A DNA stretch of 60,692 bases from Actinomycetota bacterium (GTDB lineage: Bacteria; Actinomycetota; Actinomycetes; Actinomycetales; Microbacteriaceae), in assembly GCA_041165845.1 (NCBI GenBank), contig JBEAMR010000046.1, forward strand, positions 1 to 60,692, read 5' to 3'. The notes under the pieces are model-generated. The model was not told where the DNA came from. It saw only the letters and a program-made list of their open reading frames with translations, and made no database searches. Below, piece by piece: positions 41,850-53,362 of the stretch. The stretch's first letter is position 1. Each line of letters begins with the position of its first letter. The translations under genes and the position numbers were made by a program.

Positions 41850-43351
41850 TGGAACATCTAATTAGAGAAGCACATGCAAGCGATCTAGATGCCATCATGG
41901 CGATTGAGAACGAGTGCTTTGCAACTGATGCTTGGTCTCTGGAAGTGATGCTCTCAGAGCTAGAAGCACCACATACCTATTACCTAGTTGCTGAGGTTGA
42001 AGACAAGGTTGTTGGTTATGCAGGTCTTAGCCAGTTAGTTGGAGCAACCCAAGCTGACATTCAAACCATCGCTGTGAGACCTAACCAACGGGGCTCAGGT
42101 CTAGGTAGAGCTTTGATGCAGGAACTAACCAAAGAAGCAACTAGACGCGGAGCTAAGGAGGTATTTCTAGAGGTTAGAGCCGATAACACCATTGCTCAGA
42201 AACTATACAAAATGTTTGGGTTCAAACAGATTGGTCTTCGTAAGAAGTATTACCAACCAGATGGTGTTGATGCCTTTGTAATGAAGACATCACTTCTTCG
42301 AGACGAAGTTTCTGAACCACTTGTCCTTGGTATTGAAACATCCTGTGATGAAACAGGTATTGGAATTGTTCGGGGCAACACTCTTTTGGCGAATGTAATT
42401 TCTTCAAGCATGGATCAGCACGCAAGATTCGGTGGGGTGGTCCCGGAAGTTGCCGCCAGAGCTCACCTAGAGGCGCTAACCCCTGCTTTAGAGCAAGCGC
42501 TAAGGGAAGCCAAAGTAACACTGGATGAGATTGATGCTATTGCTGTTACCAACGGTCCTGGGTTAGCTGGAGCACTAATGGTTGGAGTCGGTGCTGCTAA
42601 AGCACTAGCTGTTTCAACCGGTAAACCGATTTATGCAGTGAATCACCTGGTGGGTCACATCGCAGCAGATATCTTAGATCAGGGGAAGTTAGCTGTTCCA
42701 ACTATTGCCCTGTTGGTCAGCGGTGGTCACACTTCCCTTCTTCTAGTGAGAGACATCATCAACGATGTTCACCTATTGGGAGAGACAATCGATGATGCTG
42801 CTGGTGAGGCGTTCGATAAGGTGGCCAGAGTTCTAGGGCTCTCGTATCCTGGTGGACCTGAAATTGATAGAGCAGCACTTGGTGGTAATCCAGCAGCCAT
42901 TAGATTCCCTAGAGGGCTTACCCTGGCAAAGGATATGGCAGAACATCGTTATGACTTTAGTTTCTCTGGGCTGAAGACTGCAGTTGCCAGACATGTTGAG
43001 TTAGCCGAATCAAAGGGCGAGACATTATTGATCTCAGACGTTGCTGCAAGTTTTAGAGAAGCTGTCGTGGATGTTCTGATTAGAAAAGCAATCGCTGCCT
43101 GCGTTGATAACAACATTCCACGACTACTCCTTGGTGGTGGTGTTATCGCAAACGCGAGACTTCGTGAAGTTGCAATTGAGGCCTGCCAAGAGAATGACAT
43201 CGAATTAAGAATTCCACCGCTATCTCTTTGCACTGACAACGGAGCAATGATTGCGGCCCTTGGATCTCAATTAGTTCAAGCAGGGTTTGCACCTAGTTCA
43301 CTGGATTTCTCAGCTGATTCAACGCTTCTGGTAACTCAAATCCAGTCTTAG
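41849..43351 (+). CDS. tsaD: RimI-like GNAT acetyltransferase fused to t6A transferase TsaD
   Basis: N-terminal ~150 aa RGSGLG, LEVRADN..AQKLY...GF...G.RKKYY; then [52 protein letters not shown]; no stop at the junction. Confidence 0.95.
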   Translation: MEHLIREAHASDLDAIMAIENECFATDAWSLEVMLSELEAPHTYYLVAEVEDKVVGYAGLSQLVGATQADIQTIAVRPNQRGSGLGRALMQELTKEATRRGAKEVFLEVRADNTIAQKLYKMFGFKQIGLRKKYYQPDGVDAFVMKTSLLRDEVSEPLVLGIETSCDETGIGIVRGNTLLANVISSSMDQHARFGGVVPEVAARAHLEALTPALEQALREAKVTLDEIDAIAVTNGPGLAGALMVGVGAAKALAVSTGKPIYAVNHLVGHIAADILDQGKLAVPTIALLVSGGHTSLLLVRDIINDVHLLGETIDDAAGEAFDKVARVLGLSYPGGPEIDRAALGGNPAAIRFPRGLTLAKDMAEHRYDFSFSGLKTAVARHVELAESKGETLLISDVAASFREAVVDVLIRKAIAACVDNNIPRLLLGGGVIANARLREVAIEACQENDIELRIPPLSLCTDNGAMIAALGSQLVQAGFAPSSLDFSADSTLLVTQIQS

Positions 43352-43442
43352 ATTCTTAGCCGCCACACACCTCCAACACAGGGGACATTCAGGTTTGTTT
43401 GCTGAAGTAATGAAGTCCCCGAAATCGGGAAATGAAAAGGAG

Positions 43443-43535
43443 CAAGACATGGCTGATGCCAAAAACAAGAAAGACCAAGACATGGCTGATGCCAAAGACA
43501 AGAAAGACCAGGACATGGCTGATGCCAAAGACAAG
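43443..43535 (+). repeat. About 2.8 copies of a 33-bp tandem repeat that contains the start codon
   Basis: CA(A/G)GACATGGCTGATGCCAAA(A/G)ACAAGAAAGAC at 43443, 43476 and 43509 (last copy partial). Confidence 0.95.
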
Positions 43536-43883
43536 TTCGACTACACAAAACTAAACACACTGGCTGTGGTTTCCCTAGCTAGCGCTATTTCACTATTTGG
43601 AGCACCAGCTGCAGTTCTAGCTGGTCACATCTCTCTAGCTCAACTCAAGGAGAGCAAGGAGAAGGGACGCTGGATGGCAATCACGGGTCTAGTCCTTGGT
43701 TACGTAGGCATCGCGCTTGCAGTGATCTTCACCATCTTGAACTTAGTGCTAAAGGCTAGACATGGCATGGGCTTTGATGAGGATCACATGTTCCAAAGAG
43801 AAATGTTTGAGCGTCGTCATGAGTTCTTCGATGACTTCAGACCAATGCCATTCCCAACTGACCCAATGCAGGGAAACAACTAG
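43449..43883 (+). CDS. DUF4190-family membrane protein
   Basis: NTLAVVSL..AI...A.VLAGHISL.QLK...EKGR.MAITGLVLGY pattern; AAGGAG SD before ATG 43449. Confidence 0.8.
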   Translation: MADAKNKKDQDMADAKDKKDQDMADAKDKFDYTKLNTLAVVSLASAISLFGAPAAVLAGHISLAQLKESKEKGRWMAITGLVLGYVGIALAVIFTILNLVLKARHGMGFDEDHMFQREMFERRHEFFDDFRPMPFPTDPMQGNN

Positions 43884-43902
43884 TCCAGCTAGTTCTAAAG
43901 CT

Positions 43903-43937
43903 AAGCCCCTCACCAAAGCTGACAGGTGAGGGGTTTT
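43903..43937. terminator. Intrinsic terminator between convergent genes
   Basis: AAGCCCCTCACC-10 nt-GGTGAGGGGTTTT. Confidence 0.75.
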
Positions 43938-45138
43938 ACTTTAACCCTTCAACCACCAAGACTCTGTGGGTAGTTCCAACTCGGGTGACGATAAGGGTTG
44001 CTGAGTTCGGACCCTTTGGGTCAAGTTCTCGCCGCAATTGTTCAGGAGTGATATCCGCTCCACGCTTTTTGATTTCTAATATTCCAATGCCACGTTCGCG
44101 AAGGTATGCCTTTAGCTTCTTTCGGTCGAAACTGAGGTTATCTAAGACTCGGTAAGACTTGAGCCAAGGCGAGATAAGTTCCTTACTTCCTGTGAGGTAT
44201 GCAATCTCAGGAGCGAAGAGGTGTAGTTCGTTTGCTTCAGCTAGTTCGGCAACAAGGTGAGATCTAATCACGGAGTTATCCGGCTCAAATATGTATTCTG
44301 CAAGATCAGCAATTTGGGCATCAGTTCTTGCTCGGTTAGGACTTGTGATTTCATGCGAACCATCAGGAGTGAGAAGTAATGCAGCTCTAGCAACATCTGC
44401 TCTTCTTACCTGGTTGAAATAAAGACCTGCTTCAACCAGATCGCCGTTATCGGAAACCCAGACTGCTTCCGCTTCTGCGGGGATATCTTTGTGGTCGATG
44501 CCAGGACCTAGCTTTGCGATAGTCGGTTTGGTCTTTGCAATCTCAAGGACAAAGTCAAAGGATGGGGTTAGATCAGTCAGGTCAAAATTACGTTTAGTTG
44601 ATTCTCTTGCTGGGCCATCTAGTTCTCTTCGTGCCGGGTCAATAAAGAAACCACCAAACTTAGTTAGATCTAGTTTGGTGACATCTGCTTGTTCAACTTT
44701 GACGTTAGTGAATTTGGCAAGGTTATAGGTAGCCATCGCGGCGGTAACCTCATCGAGTTCAAATGCAGAGACGTTTATGTCTAATGAAGCCATAGCCAAT
44801 GACTCCGCACCAATACCGCAACCCAGATCAGCTACATCTGTCACTCCAGCACTTCTAAACCTACCTGCGTGGATGGCCGCAACTTTTAGTCGAGATGCTT
44901 GTTCTAAACCAGCTTCGGTAAAAAACATGGTGTTGGCAAAGTCTCCGAACTTAGCCTGAGCTCTTCGTCTGAGTTTGGCTTGGGAGAGGACATCGGTAAC
45001 CAGTTCTGGACTATGACCGTGTTTTCTCAGTTTGCTAACCAGGGCTAAGACATCAGTTTTGCTATCTAGTTCGCCGACCTCAGCCAATAGTGCCTGCCCT
45101 TCAGGGCTAATTAGGCGGAGAAAGCTGGTGCGGTCCAT
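43936..45138 (-). CDS. Class I SAM-dependent methyltransferase with a C-terminal THUMP-like domain
   Basis: FTEAGLEQAS, VADLGCGIGAE, FIDPARR, KLGPG, LEIKKRG; conserved neighbour of groES in actinobacteria. Confidence 0.88.
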   Translation of the reverse strand: MDRTSFLRLISPEGQALLAEVGELDSKTDVLALVSKLRKHGHSPELVTDVLSQAKLRRRAQAKFGDFANTMFFTEAGLEQASRLKVAAIHAGRFRSAGVTDVADLGCGIGAESLAMASLDINVSAFELDEVTAAMATYNLAKFTNVKVEQADVTKLDLTKFGGFFIDPARRELDGPARESTKRNFDLTDLTPSFDFVLEIAKTKPTIAKLGPGIDHKDIPAEAEAVWVSDNGDLVEAGLYFNQVRRADVARAALLLTPDGSHEITSPNRARTDAQIADLAEYIFEPDNSVIRSHLVAELAEANELHLFAPEIAYLTGSKELISPWLKSYRVLDNLSFDRKKLKAYLRERGIGILEIKKRGADITPEQLRRELDPKGPNSATLIVTRVGTTHRVLVVEGLK

Positions 45139-45161
45139 GGCTCAACGCTAACAGCCAAGGA

Positions 45162-45188
45162 TTAGCACTCTGGTTGCAAGAGTGCTAA
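45162..45188. promoter_or_regulatory. CIRCE operator (HrcA site)
   Basis: Perfect TTAGCACTC-N9-GAGTGCTAA, overlapping the putative groES promoter TTGCAA(45174)-17 bp-TAAACT(45197). Confidence 0.96.
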
Positions 45189-45265
45189 TCAGGAGATAAA
45201 CTGAAAACTGCGCCTGAGACTAAATCAGCGCTTTCCCCCGTTTTCATACATAGAAGAGGTCAAAC

Positions 45266-45562
45266 GTGTCGGTTTCAATTAAGCCGCTTGAAGATCGCAT
45301 TGTTGTTCTGCCAGTTGAGGCAGAGCAGGTCACAGCATCAGGTCTGGTAATCCCAGATACCGCTAAAGAGAAGCCTCAGGAGGCTGAGGTTATTGCCGTA
45401 GGTCCAGGTCGCATCGACGACAACGGTAACCGCGTCCCACTGGATATCAAGGTTGGTGACCGCGTTATCTTCTCGAAGTATGGTGGCACTGAGCTTAAGT
45501 ACAACGGTAAAGAGTACCTAGTACTTTCAGCCCGCGATGTTCTTGCAATCGTAGAGCGCTAG
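45266..45562 (+). CDS. groES: Co-chaperonin GroES
   Basis: [36 protein letters not shown]. Confidence 0.99.
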   Translation: MSVSIKPLEDRIVVLPVEAEQVTASGLVIPDTAKEKPQEAEVIAVGPGRIDDNGNRVPLDIKVGDRVIFSKYGGTELKYNGKEYLVLSARDVLAIVER

Positions 45563-45576
45563 AGCGAATAGCACTT

Positions 45577-45600
45577 GCCCCGAGGTAACTCGGGGCTTTT
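45577..45600 (+). terminator. Intrinsic terminator after groES
   Basis: GCCCCGAG-gtaa-CTCGGGGC-TTTT. Confidence 0.85.
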
Positions 45601-45649
45601 GCATTTAATAGGCAATAGGATTTTAGGAACTAAGAATAAAGGTAGAGAT

Positions 45650-46546
45650 TTGGCACATACAACCGATCACAGCGACGATGTCGTCGCTGTACCTTTACGG
45701 CACCCGCTGCGGTGGGTGTTCGGCATAATTGCCGCTCTTGTCCTCCTAAGTTTTATAGTCTCTGTCGCTACGGCTAAATCAATTCAGTACGAGCTTGTAG
45801 CGAAGTTCCTCTTCGACCACAGAATTCTTGAGGGAATGGTGGTCACCCTCTATGTGACGGTTATCTGTATGGCGTTTGGCACAATACTGGCAACTTTGCT
45901 TGCAATTATGAAGTTGAGCGAAAATCCAATTCAACGTTGGTTGGCAACAGGATTCATTGAGTTCTTCCGAGGAACCCCACTGCTTCTGCAAATAGTCTTC
46001 TGGGGATATCTGGGAATCATTTTCCCACAGTTGGTTTTGGGTGTTCCATATACCGACATCGTTTTTCTCAGCGGCGACACTAGTGATCTGATTCCCGCTC
46101 TGGTTGCTGGAATAATCGCTCTTTCGCTAAACGAAGCTGCTTACTCGGCTGAAATCGTGAGAGCTGGAATCTTGGCAGTTGACGGTGGTCAAGTTGAGGC
46201 TGCTAAGTCTTTAGGTATGTCATCTAGCTACACGATGCGCAAAGTGGTTCTTCCTCAAGCTATGCGTGTAATTATTCCGCCGATGGGCAATGAGTTCATC
46301 AGCATGCTAAAAAATACTTCGCTCCTACAGCTAATTGCAGTAGCCGAACTATACACAGCAGCCAGCACTATTTCATCGGCGAATCTAGCTCAGATTGAAC
46401 TACTCATCGTTAGCGGTTTCTGGTACTTGGTGATGACCACTGTTCTTGGCTTCCCCCAGCGCTCACTCGAGAAGAGATATGGTCGTGGATTTGAAAGTGT
46501 TGGCGGTAGGGCAGCACCTAGAGCATTCAAGGTGGGTAGACGCTAA
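45650..46546 (+). CDS. Polar amino-acid ABC transporter permease
   Basis: [38 protein letters not shown]; TTG start chosen downstream of the groES terminator. Confidence 0.93.
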   Translation: MAHTTDHSDDVVAVPLRHPLRWVFGIIAALVLLSFIVSVATAKSIQYELVAKFLFDHRILEGMVVTLYVTVICMAFGTILATLLAIMKLSENPIQRWLATGFIEFFRGTPLLLQIVFWGYLGIIFPQLVLGVPYTDIVFLSGDTSDLIPALVAGIIALSLNEAAYSAEIVRAGILAVDGGQVEAAKSLGMSSSYTMRKVVLPQAMRVIIPPMGNEFISMLKNTSLLQLIAVAELYTAASTISSANLAQIELLIVSGFWYLVMTTVLGFPQRSLEKRYGRGFESVGGRAAPRAFKVGRR

Positions 46547-47310
46547 TGGCCGAGTTGATGGTGGATGCTAGAAGTGTTCGTAAGTCCTATGGGTCAAACC
46601 AGGTGCTAAATGGAATCAGCTTGACTGTTGAGCAGGGCGAAGTACTTTGCATCATCGGCCCTTCTGGTTCAGGTAAATCAACTTTCTTGAGATGTCTAAA
46701 TCACCTTGAGTCAATCAACGGCGGTCGCATCTACGTAAACGATGAACTGATGGGTTACCGTCAGGTGGGCAAAGTCCTGCATGAACTCAAGCCCAAGGAC
46801 ATTGCTAGACAGCGTCAGTCAATTGGTATGGTGTTCCAGAGATTCAATCTCTTCCCACACATGACTGCACTACAGAACGTTATTGAAGCACCGATTGGTG
46901 TTGCTGGGGTAAGTCCTGAAGATGCTAAGACGCTAGGACTTGAACTACTGGCTCAGGTAGGCCTTGCTGATAAGGCAGATCACTACCCAGCGCAGTTATC
47001 CGGTGGGCAACAGCAACGTGTGGCTATTGCAAGAGCTTTGGCAATGAAACCTAAACTGATGCTCTTTGATGAGCCGACCTCAGCTCTGGACCCAGAGCTT
47101 GTCGGTGATGTCTTAGATGTTATGAAGAACCTTGCCAAAGCTGGAATGACCATGATTGTGGTCACCCATGAGATGGGCTTTGCCCGTGAAGTTGCCGATA
47201 AAGTAGTATTCATCGACAAAGGGCTCATCGTGGAGCAAGGAACTCCGAAACAAGTCTTGGACAATCCACAAGAAGCTAGAACCAAGGCATTCCTAAATAA
47301 GGTCCTTTAG
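46546..47310 (+). CDS. Polar amino-acid ABC transporter ATPase (GlnQ-like)
   Basis: [35 protein letters not shown]. Confidence 0.96.
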   Translation: MAELMVDARSVRKSYGSNQVLNGISLTVEQGEVLCIIGPSGSGKSTFLRCLNHLESINGGRIYVNDELMGYRQVGKVLHELKPKDIARQRQSIGMVFQRFNLFPHMTALQNVIEAPIGVAGVSPEDAKTLGLELLAQVGLADKADHYPAQLSGGQQQRVAIARALAMKPKLMLFDEPTSALDPELVGDVLDVMKNLAKAGMTMIVVTHEMGFAREVADKVVFIDKGLIVEQGTPKQVLDNPQEARTKAFLNKVL

Positions 47311-47337
47311 TTAACCAATCCAGAGAGTGAGATTCAA

Positions 47338-48234
47338 ATGGCTATAAAGAAACTAGGTCTAGTGGCAGCGATGTCAGCTGGACTACTACTACTTGCAGGC
47401 TGTGCTGCCAGTGTTGATAACGGTGTTGACCAGTCAAAGGTTGACCAAGCAGCTCAGGCTCTTCTTCCTGCTGAGTATCTTGAGAATGGCATCGATGTTG
47501 CAAGCGACATCCCTTACGAGCCATTTGAGTTTGAAGACGAGAACGGTAACCTAACTGGTTTTGACGTAGAGCTCGGTGCTCTAATCGGTGAGAAACTAGG
47601 TACTGAACTTAGATTCAACGATGCAGTTTTCGACACCATCATTGCTTCTCTTGAAGCAGGTACCAACGACATCATCATCAGCTCAATGAGCGACACTATT
47701 GAGCGTCAGGCAAAGGTTGACTTTGTTGATTACAACGTCGGTGGTTCACAGATGCTAGTTCTTAAGGGAAACCCAGAGGGAATTGTTAACCCAGAGAGCC
47801 TCTGTGGTAAGACTGTGATCGTTCAGAACGGAACAATCCAGATTGATCTAGTTGCAGGAATGTCTGATGACTGTGTTGCGGCAGGTAACTCTGAAATCAC
47901 CATCACCCAGCTTCCAGATGCTCCAAGCATGCAGAACGCCCTTCGCGCCAAGCAGGGAGATGCTGTAATGCTTGACTCTCTAGTTGCGCAGGATTCAGCA
48001 GCTAAGGCCGGCAACGGAGAATACTTCGAAGTTGTAACAGATCCTGAGAACCCTGTTTACGATGCAGGGTTGGTCGGTATTGCAATCCTGAAGAAGGACA
48101 CAGAGCTTCGCGATGCAATCCAAGCAGCACTTCAGTCACTGATTGATGACGGACAGTATGCGACCCTTCTTGAGAAGTGGGGCATGTCCGCTAACGGTGT
48201 TAGCTCAGCAACAGTCAACGGAACAACTGAGTAA
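47338..48234 (+). CDS. Polar amino-acid ABC substrate-binding lipoprotein (family 3)
   Basis: Lipobox LLAGC, PYEPFEF, GFDVEL, LCGKTV..Q.GT, DG.Y..LL.KWG. Confidence 0.92.
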   Translation: MAIKKLGLVAAMSAGLLLLAGCAASVDNGVDQSKVDQAAQALLPAEYLENGIDVASDIPYEPFEFEDENGNLTGFDVELGALIGEKLGTELRFNDAVFDTIIASLEAGTNDIIISSMSDTIERQAKVDFVDYNVGGSQMLVLKGNPEGIVNPESLCGKTVIVQNGTIQIDLVAGMSDDCVAAGNSEITITQLPDAPSMQNALRAKQGDAVMLDSLVAQDSAAKAGNGEYFEVVTDPENPVYDAGLVGIAILKKDTELRDAIQAALQSLIDDGQYATLLEKWGMSANGVSSATVNGTTE

Positions 48235-48246
48235 TAGGTTCTAACT

Positions 48247-48284
48247 AAAAACGGGTCGAGGGTTTCCTCGGCCCGTTTTTTATT
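48247..48284 (+). terminator. Intrinsic terminator of the ABC operon
   Basis: AAAAACGGGTCGAGG-gttt-CCTCGGCCCGTTTTTT. Confidence 0.88.
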
Positions 48285-48330
48285 GTGGAGAAGATCAGCA
48301 GGCTGCCTGGAAACTATCTAGTCTCTGGAT

Positions 48331-49437
48331 GTGAAGAAATTACACATTGTTCTTGGCTCAATTGCTCTAGTAACGGTTGGGGCTTATCTCTTCTCAACCA
48401 GTGAAGCAAAACCAATAGCCCCAGCACTGCGACTTGGAGTCCTAGTTTCTGATTCAGGACCTCTTTATTTTGCTGGTGAGTATCAGCGAGCAGCAACAAA
48501 GTTAGCGATAGCCGATCTGGCGAAGGCATCTGATCCCGTCAAAGTTACTGTGTCATTCCTGGACTTAGGGGACTCAGCAACAGAGTTCGACAATGCTAGA
48601 CAGAAACTTGATGACTTTAGAGCTGATGTCCTTCTAGCTCCGATTGAGTCAAGCGCTGCAGTGCGGTTACTAAAGACCACCGGAGATCAACCTGTCTTAG
48701 CAACATCAGCAATTGCTGAGAAGATCGAGAACCAGTTGCCTGTGTTTCGATTAGCTCCAACGCAGTCTCAAGAGGTTATTGCGCTTGCTCAATACATTGT
48801 TGATTCAGAGGCTAAATCTGTTGCCATCGTTTTTAGTGATGATGAGTATGGAAAGACCACATTGCGCTCACTAGCCATGGCTTTTGCGCTTCGGGGGATG
48901 GGCAAGATTCAGGTGGTCCCGTTGAGTGAATACTCTCGAGTGATCAGAACTAAGCCTGATGCATTGGTGCTTGCAACTTTGGAACAATCGATTTCTTTCT
49001 TTGCTGAATATGCCAAGTTCCAAAACAAGCCAAAGCAGTTGTATTTAGTGCCGGGTAATCTGGCTAGCTACTCAACTTACCCTTGGGCTAACCAAGTGAA
49101 AGGAGTTCTGGGCTTGCTCTCTCAAACAGATGTTCCAGATAGTTTTAGAAACCGGTTAGCTAATGTAATGAAGAGACCTGCTGTCAAGACAACTACCAAC
49201 CCGATAGTTACTCTTGCATTTCTGACCTATCGGGCGGTGATGATCTCTGGGGAATCTTTTGTGAAGGCTGGAAGTAACTTTACGCCAAGGCTGAGGACAG
49301 CTCTCTTGGAAAGTGCGAGTAACGGGGTTCGGAACTTTACTAGTCAGGGGATTGCTTACCGAGATAAGTATTCGGTCTACCAGTATTCGGCTAAGGGCAG
49401 TTATTCGGTGATCGGGGAATATGAGCCTAAACAATAG
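48331..49437 (+). CDS. Orphan LivK-like (type 1 periplasmic-binding fold) protein with an N-terminal membrane anchor or signal
   Basis: LRLGVLVSDSGPL..AG.....A..LAI.D, FRLAP, VAIVFSDDEYG; no lipobox Cys. Confidence 0.7.
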   Translation: MKKLHIVLGSIALVTVGAYLFSTSEAKPIAPALRLGVLVSDSGPLYFAGEYQRAATKLAIADLAKASDPVKVTVSFLDLGDSATEFDNARQKLDDFRADVLLAPIESSAAVRLLKTTGDQPVLATSAIAEKIENQLPVFRLAPTQSQEVIALAQYIVDSEAKSVAIVFSDDEYGKTTLRSLAMAFALRGMGKIQVVPLSEYSRVIRTKPDALVLATLEQSISFFAEYAKFQNKPKQLYLVPGNLASYSTYPWANQVKGVLGLLSQTDVPDSFRNRLANVMKRPAVKTTTNPIVTLAFLTYRAVMISGESFVKAGSNFTPRLRTALLESASNGVRNFTSQGIAYRDKYSVYQYSAKGSYSVIGEYEPKQ

Positions 49438-49454
49438 GGCTTAGGTCAGGGTAG

Positions 49455-50993
<1,539 letters not shown>

Positions 50994-51002
50994 GAGATTC
51001 CG

Positions 51003-52121
51003 TTGAGCGAAATAGAAATTGGCCGCGGTAAGCGTGGTAACCGAAGCTGGGCCTTCGATGACATTGCGGTAGTTCCATCTAGAAGAACTAGAGACCCTAG
51101 AGATGTCTCAACTGCTTGGAATATTGATGCATACAGCTTCGCTCTACCAGTGCTAGCTGCTCCAATGGACTCTGTTGTCTCTCCCGAGACCGCTATTGCT
51201 ATTGGAAAGCTAGGTGGTCTAGGTGTTCTAGACCTAGAAGGTCTATGGACTAGATACGAAGACCCAACCAAGCAGCTAAAAGAGATTGCAGAACTAAGCG
51301 ATGGTGAAGCAACTGCTGGTTTGCAGCGTATCTACTCAGAGCCAATCAAGCCTGAACTTATTCGTGACCGTCTAGCTCAGATTCGTAAGGCTGGAGTAAC
51401 AGTTGCTGGTGCTCTTTCTCCTCAAAGAACCGCAGAGTTTGCCAAAGTTGTTACAGCCAGTGGTGTTGACCTGTTTGTGATCCGTGGCACTACAGTTTCT
51501 GCAGAACATGTGTCTAAGACACATGAGGCACTTAACCTCAAGCAATTCATCTACGAACTAGATGTTCCTGTAATTGTTGGTGGAGCCGCCACATACACAG
51601 CAGCACTTCACCTAATGAGAACCGGTGCTGCCGGTGTGCTTGTTGGTTTTGGTGGAGGACGTGCTTCAACTACTCGAAACGTTCTAGGTATTCACGCTCC
51701 GATGGCAACTGCTGTTGCCGATGTTGCTGGTGCACGACGTGATTATATGGATGAATCTGGTGGTCGCTACGTCCACGTTATTGCTGACGGCGGTTTGGGT
51801 TCTTCAGGAGATATCGTCAAAGCTATTGCGTGTGGTGCAGATGCCGTGATGCTTGGTTCTGTACTTGCTCGCGCAACTGAAGCTCCTGGTTCTGGTTGGC
51901 ACTGGGGTGCAGAAGCATATAACCCAGAGCTTCCTAGAGGTGAAAGAGTCAAGGTTGGTAGCGTAGGTTCGCTAGAACAGATTCTTCAGGGACCTTCAAG
52001 TTCTGCTGATGGTAGAGCGAACCTAATGGGTGCACTTAGACGTGCCATGTCAACAACCGGTTACTCAGATCTAAAAGAGTTCCAGCGAGTTGACACCGTA
52101 GTTGCTCCATACAACTCCTAA
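51003..52121 (+). CDS. guaB3: GuaB3-family IMPDH-related protein
   Basis: EIEIGRGK, VPSRRTRDP, EGLWTRY, GGRYVHVIADG, GYSDLKEFQ; TTG start after AGGAG. Confidence 0.92.
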   Translation: MSEIEIGRGKRGNRSWAFDDIAVVPSRRTRDPRDVSTAWNIDAYSFALPVLAAPMDSVVSPETAIAIGKLGGLGVLDLEGLWTRYEDPTKQLKEIAELSDGEATAGLQRIYSEPIKPELIRDRLAQIRKAGVTVAGALSPQRTAEFAKVVTASGVDLFVIRGTTVSAEHVSKTHEALNLKQFIYELDVPVIVGGAATYTAALHLMRTGAAGVLVGFGGGRASTTRNVLGIHAPMATAVADVAGARRDYMDESGGRYVHVIADGGLGSSGDIVKAIACGADAVMLGSVLARATEAPGSGWHWGAEAYNPELPRGERVKVGSVGSLEQILQGPSSSADGRANLMGALRRAMSTTGYSDLKEFQRVDTVVAPYNS

Positions 52122-52124
52122 TCA

Positions 52125-52946
52125 ATGCTGAAACTTGCACTGAGTATTAAGTGGCTTGGCGCACTGCTGCTATGCCTACTTCTGGCTGGAATATTTGCAG
52201 CTCTTGCTCAGTGGCAGGTAACAAGGTCCGTTATACCTAATGCAGATAACGATGGTTGGGATAAAGTCGAAGTTCTTGCTTTAGAAGAAATAGCCAAGGT
52301 GGGAGAGCCTTACACCTTCATTGAGATCTCTTATGACGGTAAAGAGAAAGTGCTTGCTGAAGTTCACGCTGAAATTTATTTGAGTTCATCTCAGGCTGTG
52401 TTGGTAGGTAACAGGATTCAGCTTGATGGTCGACAAGGTTACTGGCTAGTTGTTCCGGCCTCCACTACTTCGGGCAAAGTATTTGTTGCAGTTGGATTTG
52501 TTGAAGGTGAAGAGAACGCAAGAGATGTCTTGGAGAAGGTAAACCTGCCGATATTTACAACCGCAGGTTCTTCAGGTGCGTTATTAGGTGCTGAGGCACT
52601 CACCGGTCGATACATTCCGAGTGAAGCGCCTCAGGAATACAGCGATCCAAAGATGTTTGAATCGCTATCGGTAGCACAGTTGATTAACATTTGGTTCGCT
52701 CAAGATGAGAGCAAAGAATCTGATGTCTATACAGGCGTCTTGGCTCTGACTCATGAGAGCCAGTTCAGTTCAATCCCGAAGCTTGAACCAATAACCATTG
52801 GGGTCACTAGGTCCGATACTCAGATTAATTGGCTGAGCGCTTTCTATGCCATCGAGTGGACTGTCTTTGCCCTATTTGCGCTATTTATCTGGTGGCGACT
52901 GCTGTCCGATGCATACATCAAGCAGCAGAGTAAAATAGGGGAATGA
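52125..52946 (+). CDS. SURF1-like membrane protein
   Basis: N-terminal TM ending LAQWQ, NR..GYWLV, C-terminal NWLSAFYAIEWTVFA. Confidence 0.75.
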   Translation: MLKLALSIKWLGALLLCLLLAGIFAALAQWQVTRSVIPNADNDGWDKVEVLALEEIAKVGEPYTFIEISYDGKEKVLAEVHAEIYLSSSQAVLVGNRIQLDGRQGYWLVVPASTTSGKVFVAVGFVEGEENARDVLEKVNLPIFTTAGSSGALLGAEALTGRYIPSEAPQEYSDPKMFESLSVAQLINIWFAQDESKESDVYTGVLALTHESQFSSIPKLEPITIGVTRSDTQINWLSAFYAIEWTVFALFALFIWWRLLSDAYIKQQSKIGE

Positions 52947-53362
52947 CCTCCCCAGCCCAAGCCAAATCGGCTATCACTTTCTACCGAGCCAGTTCACTAA
53001 TTACCGGCATCTTTCTGCTGCTCGTAGTTGTTGAGATGGTGCTGAAGTATGCCTTTGGATACACCATCTGGTCTGGTGGTAACGCTGGTTTCTTAGGGCT
53101 AGTACCTAACCCGGTTGATGACACTGGCTTCCCTAATGAGGGTATCGATGTCTCCAAGACCTTGTTACAAATTCACGGTTTTCTCTACGTTGTTTACCTA
53201 TTCGCAGACTTCAGAATCTGGAGGCTGGCTGAACTAACATTCACCGATTTCATTTTGATCGCACTCGGCGGAATCATTCCGCTCAGTTCCTTCTTTATCG
53301 AGCGTCACTACACAGTAAAGGTGAATGAAATCTTCGCTGCTAAGGCAGGTAAAGAGAATTAG
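52943..53362 (+). CDS. DUF3817-family membrane protein
   Basis: [29 protein letters not shown]. Confidence 0.85.
   Translation: MTSPAQAKSAITFYRASSLITGIFLLLVVVEMVLKYAFGYTIWSGGNAGFLGLVPNPVDDTGFPNEGIDVSKTLLQIHGFLYVVYLFADFRIWRLAELTFTDFILIALGGIIPLSSFFIERHYTVKVNEIFAAKAGKEN

Noticed and set aside
43443-43535. CRISPR array
   Set aside because: The repeats are directly adjacent with no spacers, in frame within a CDS, and no cas genes are nearby.
45563-45649. Missing groEL after groES, and the ORF-track permease start at 45575
   Set aside because: Split groES/groEL is normal in this group; the 45575 start lies in the groES terminator, so 45650 is preferred.
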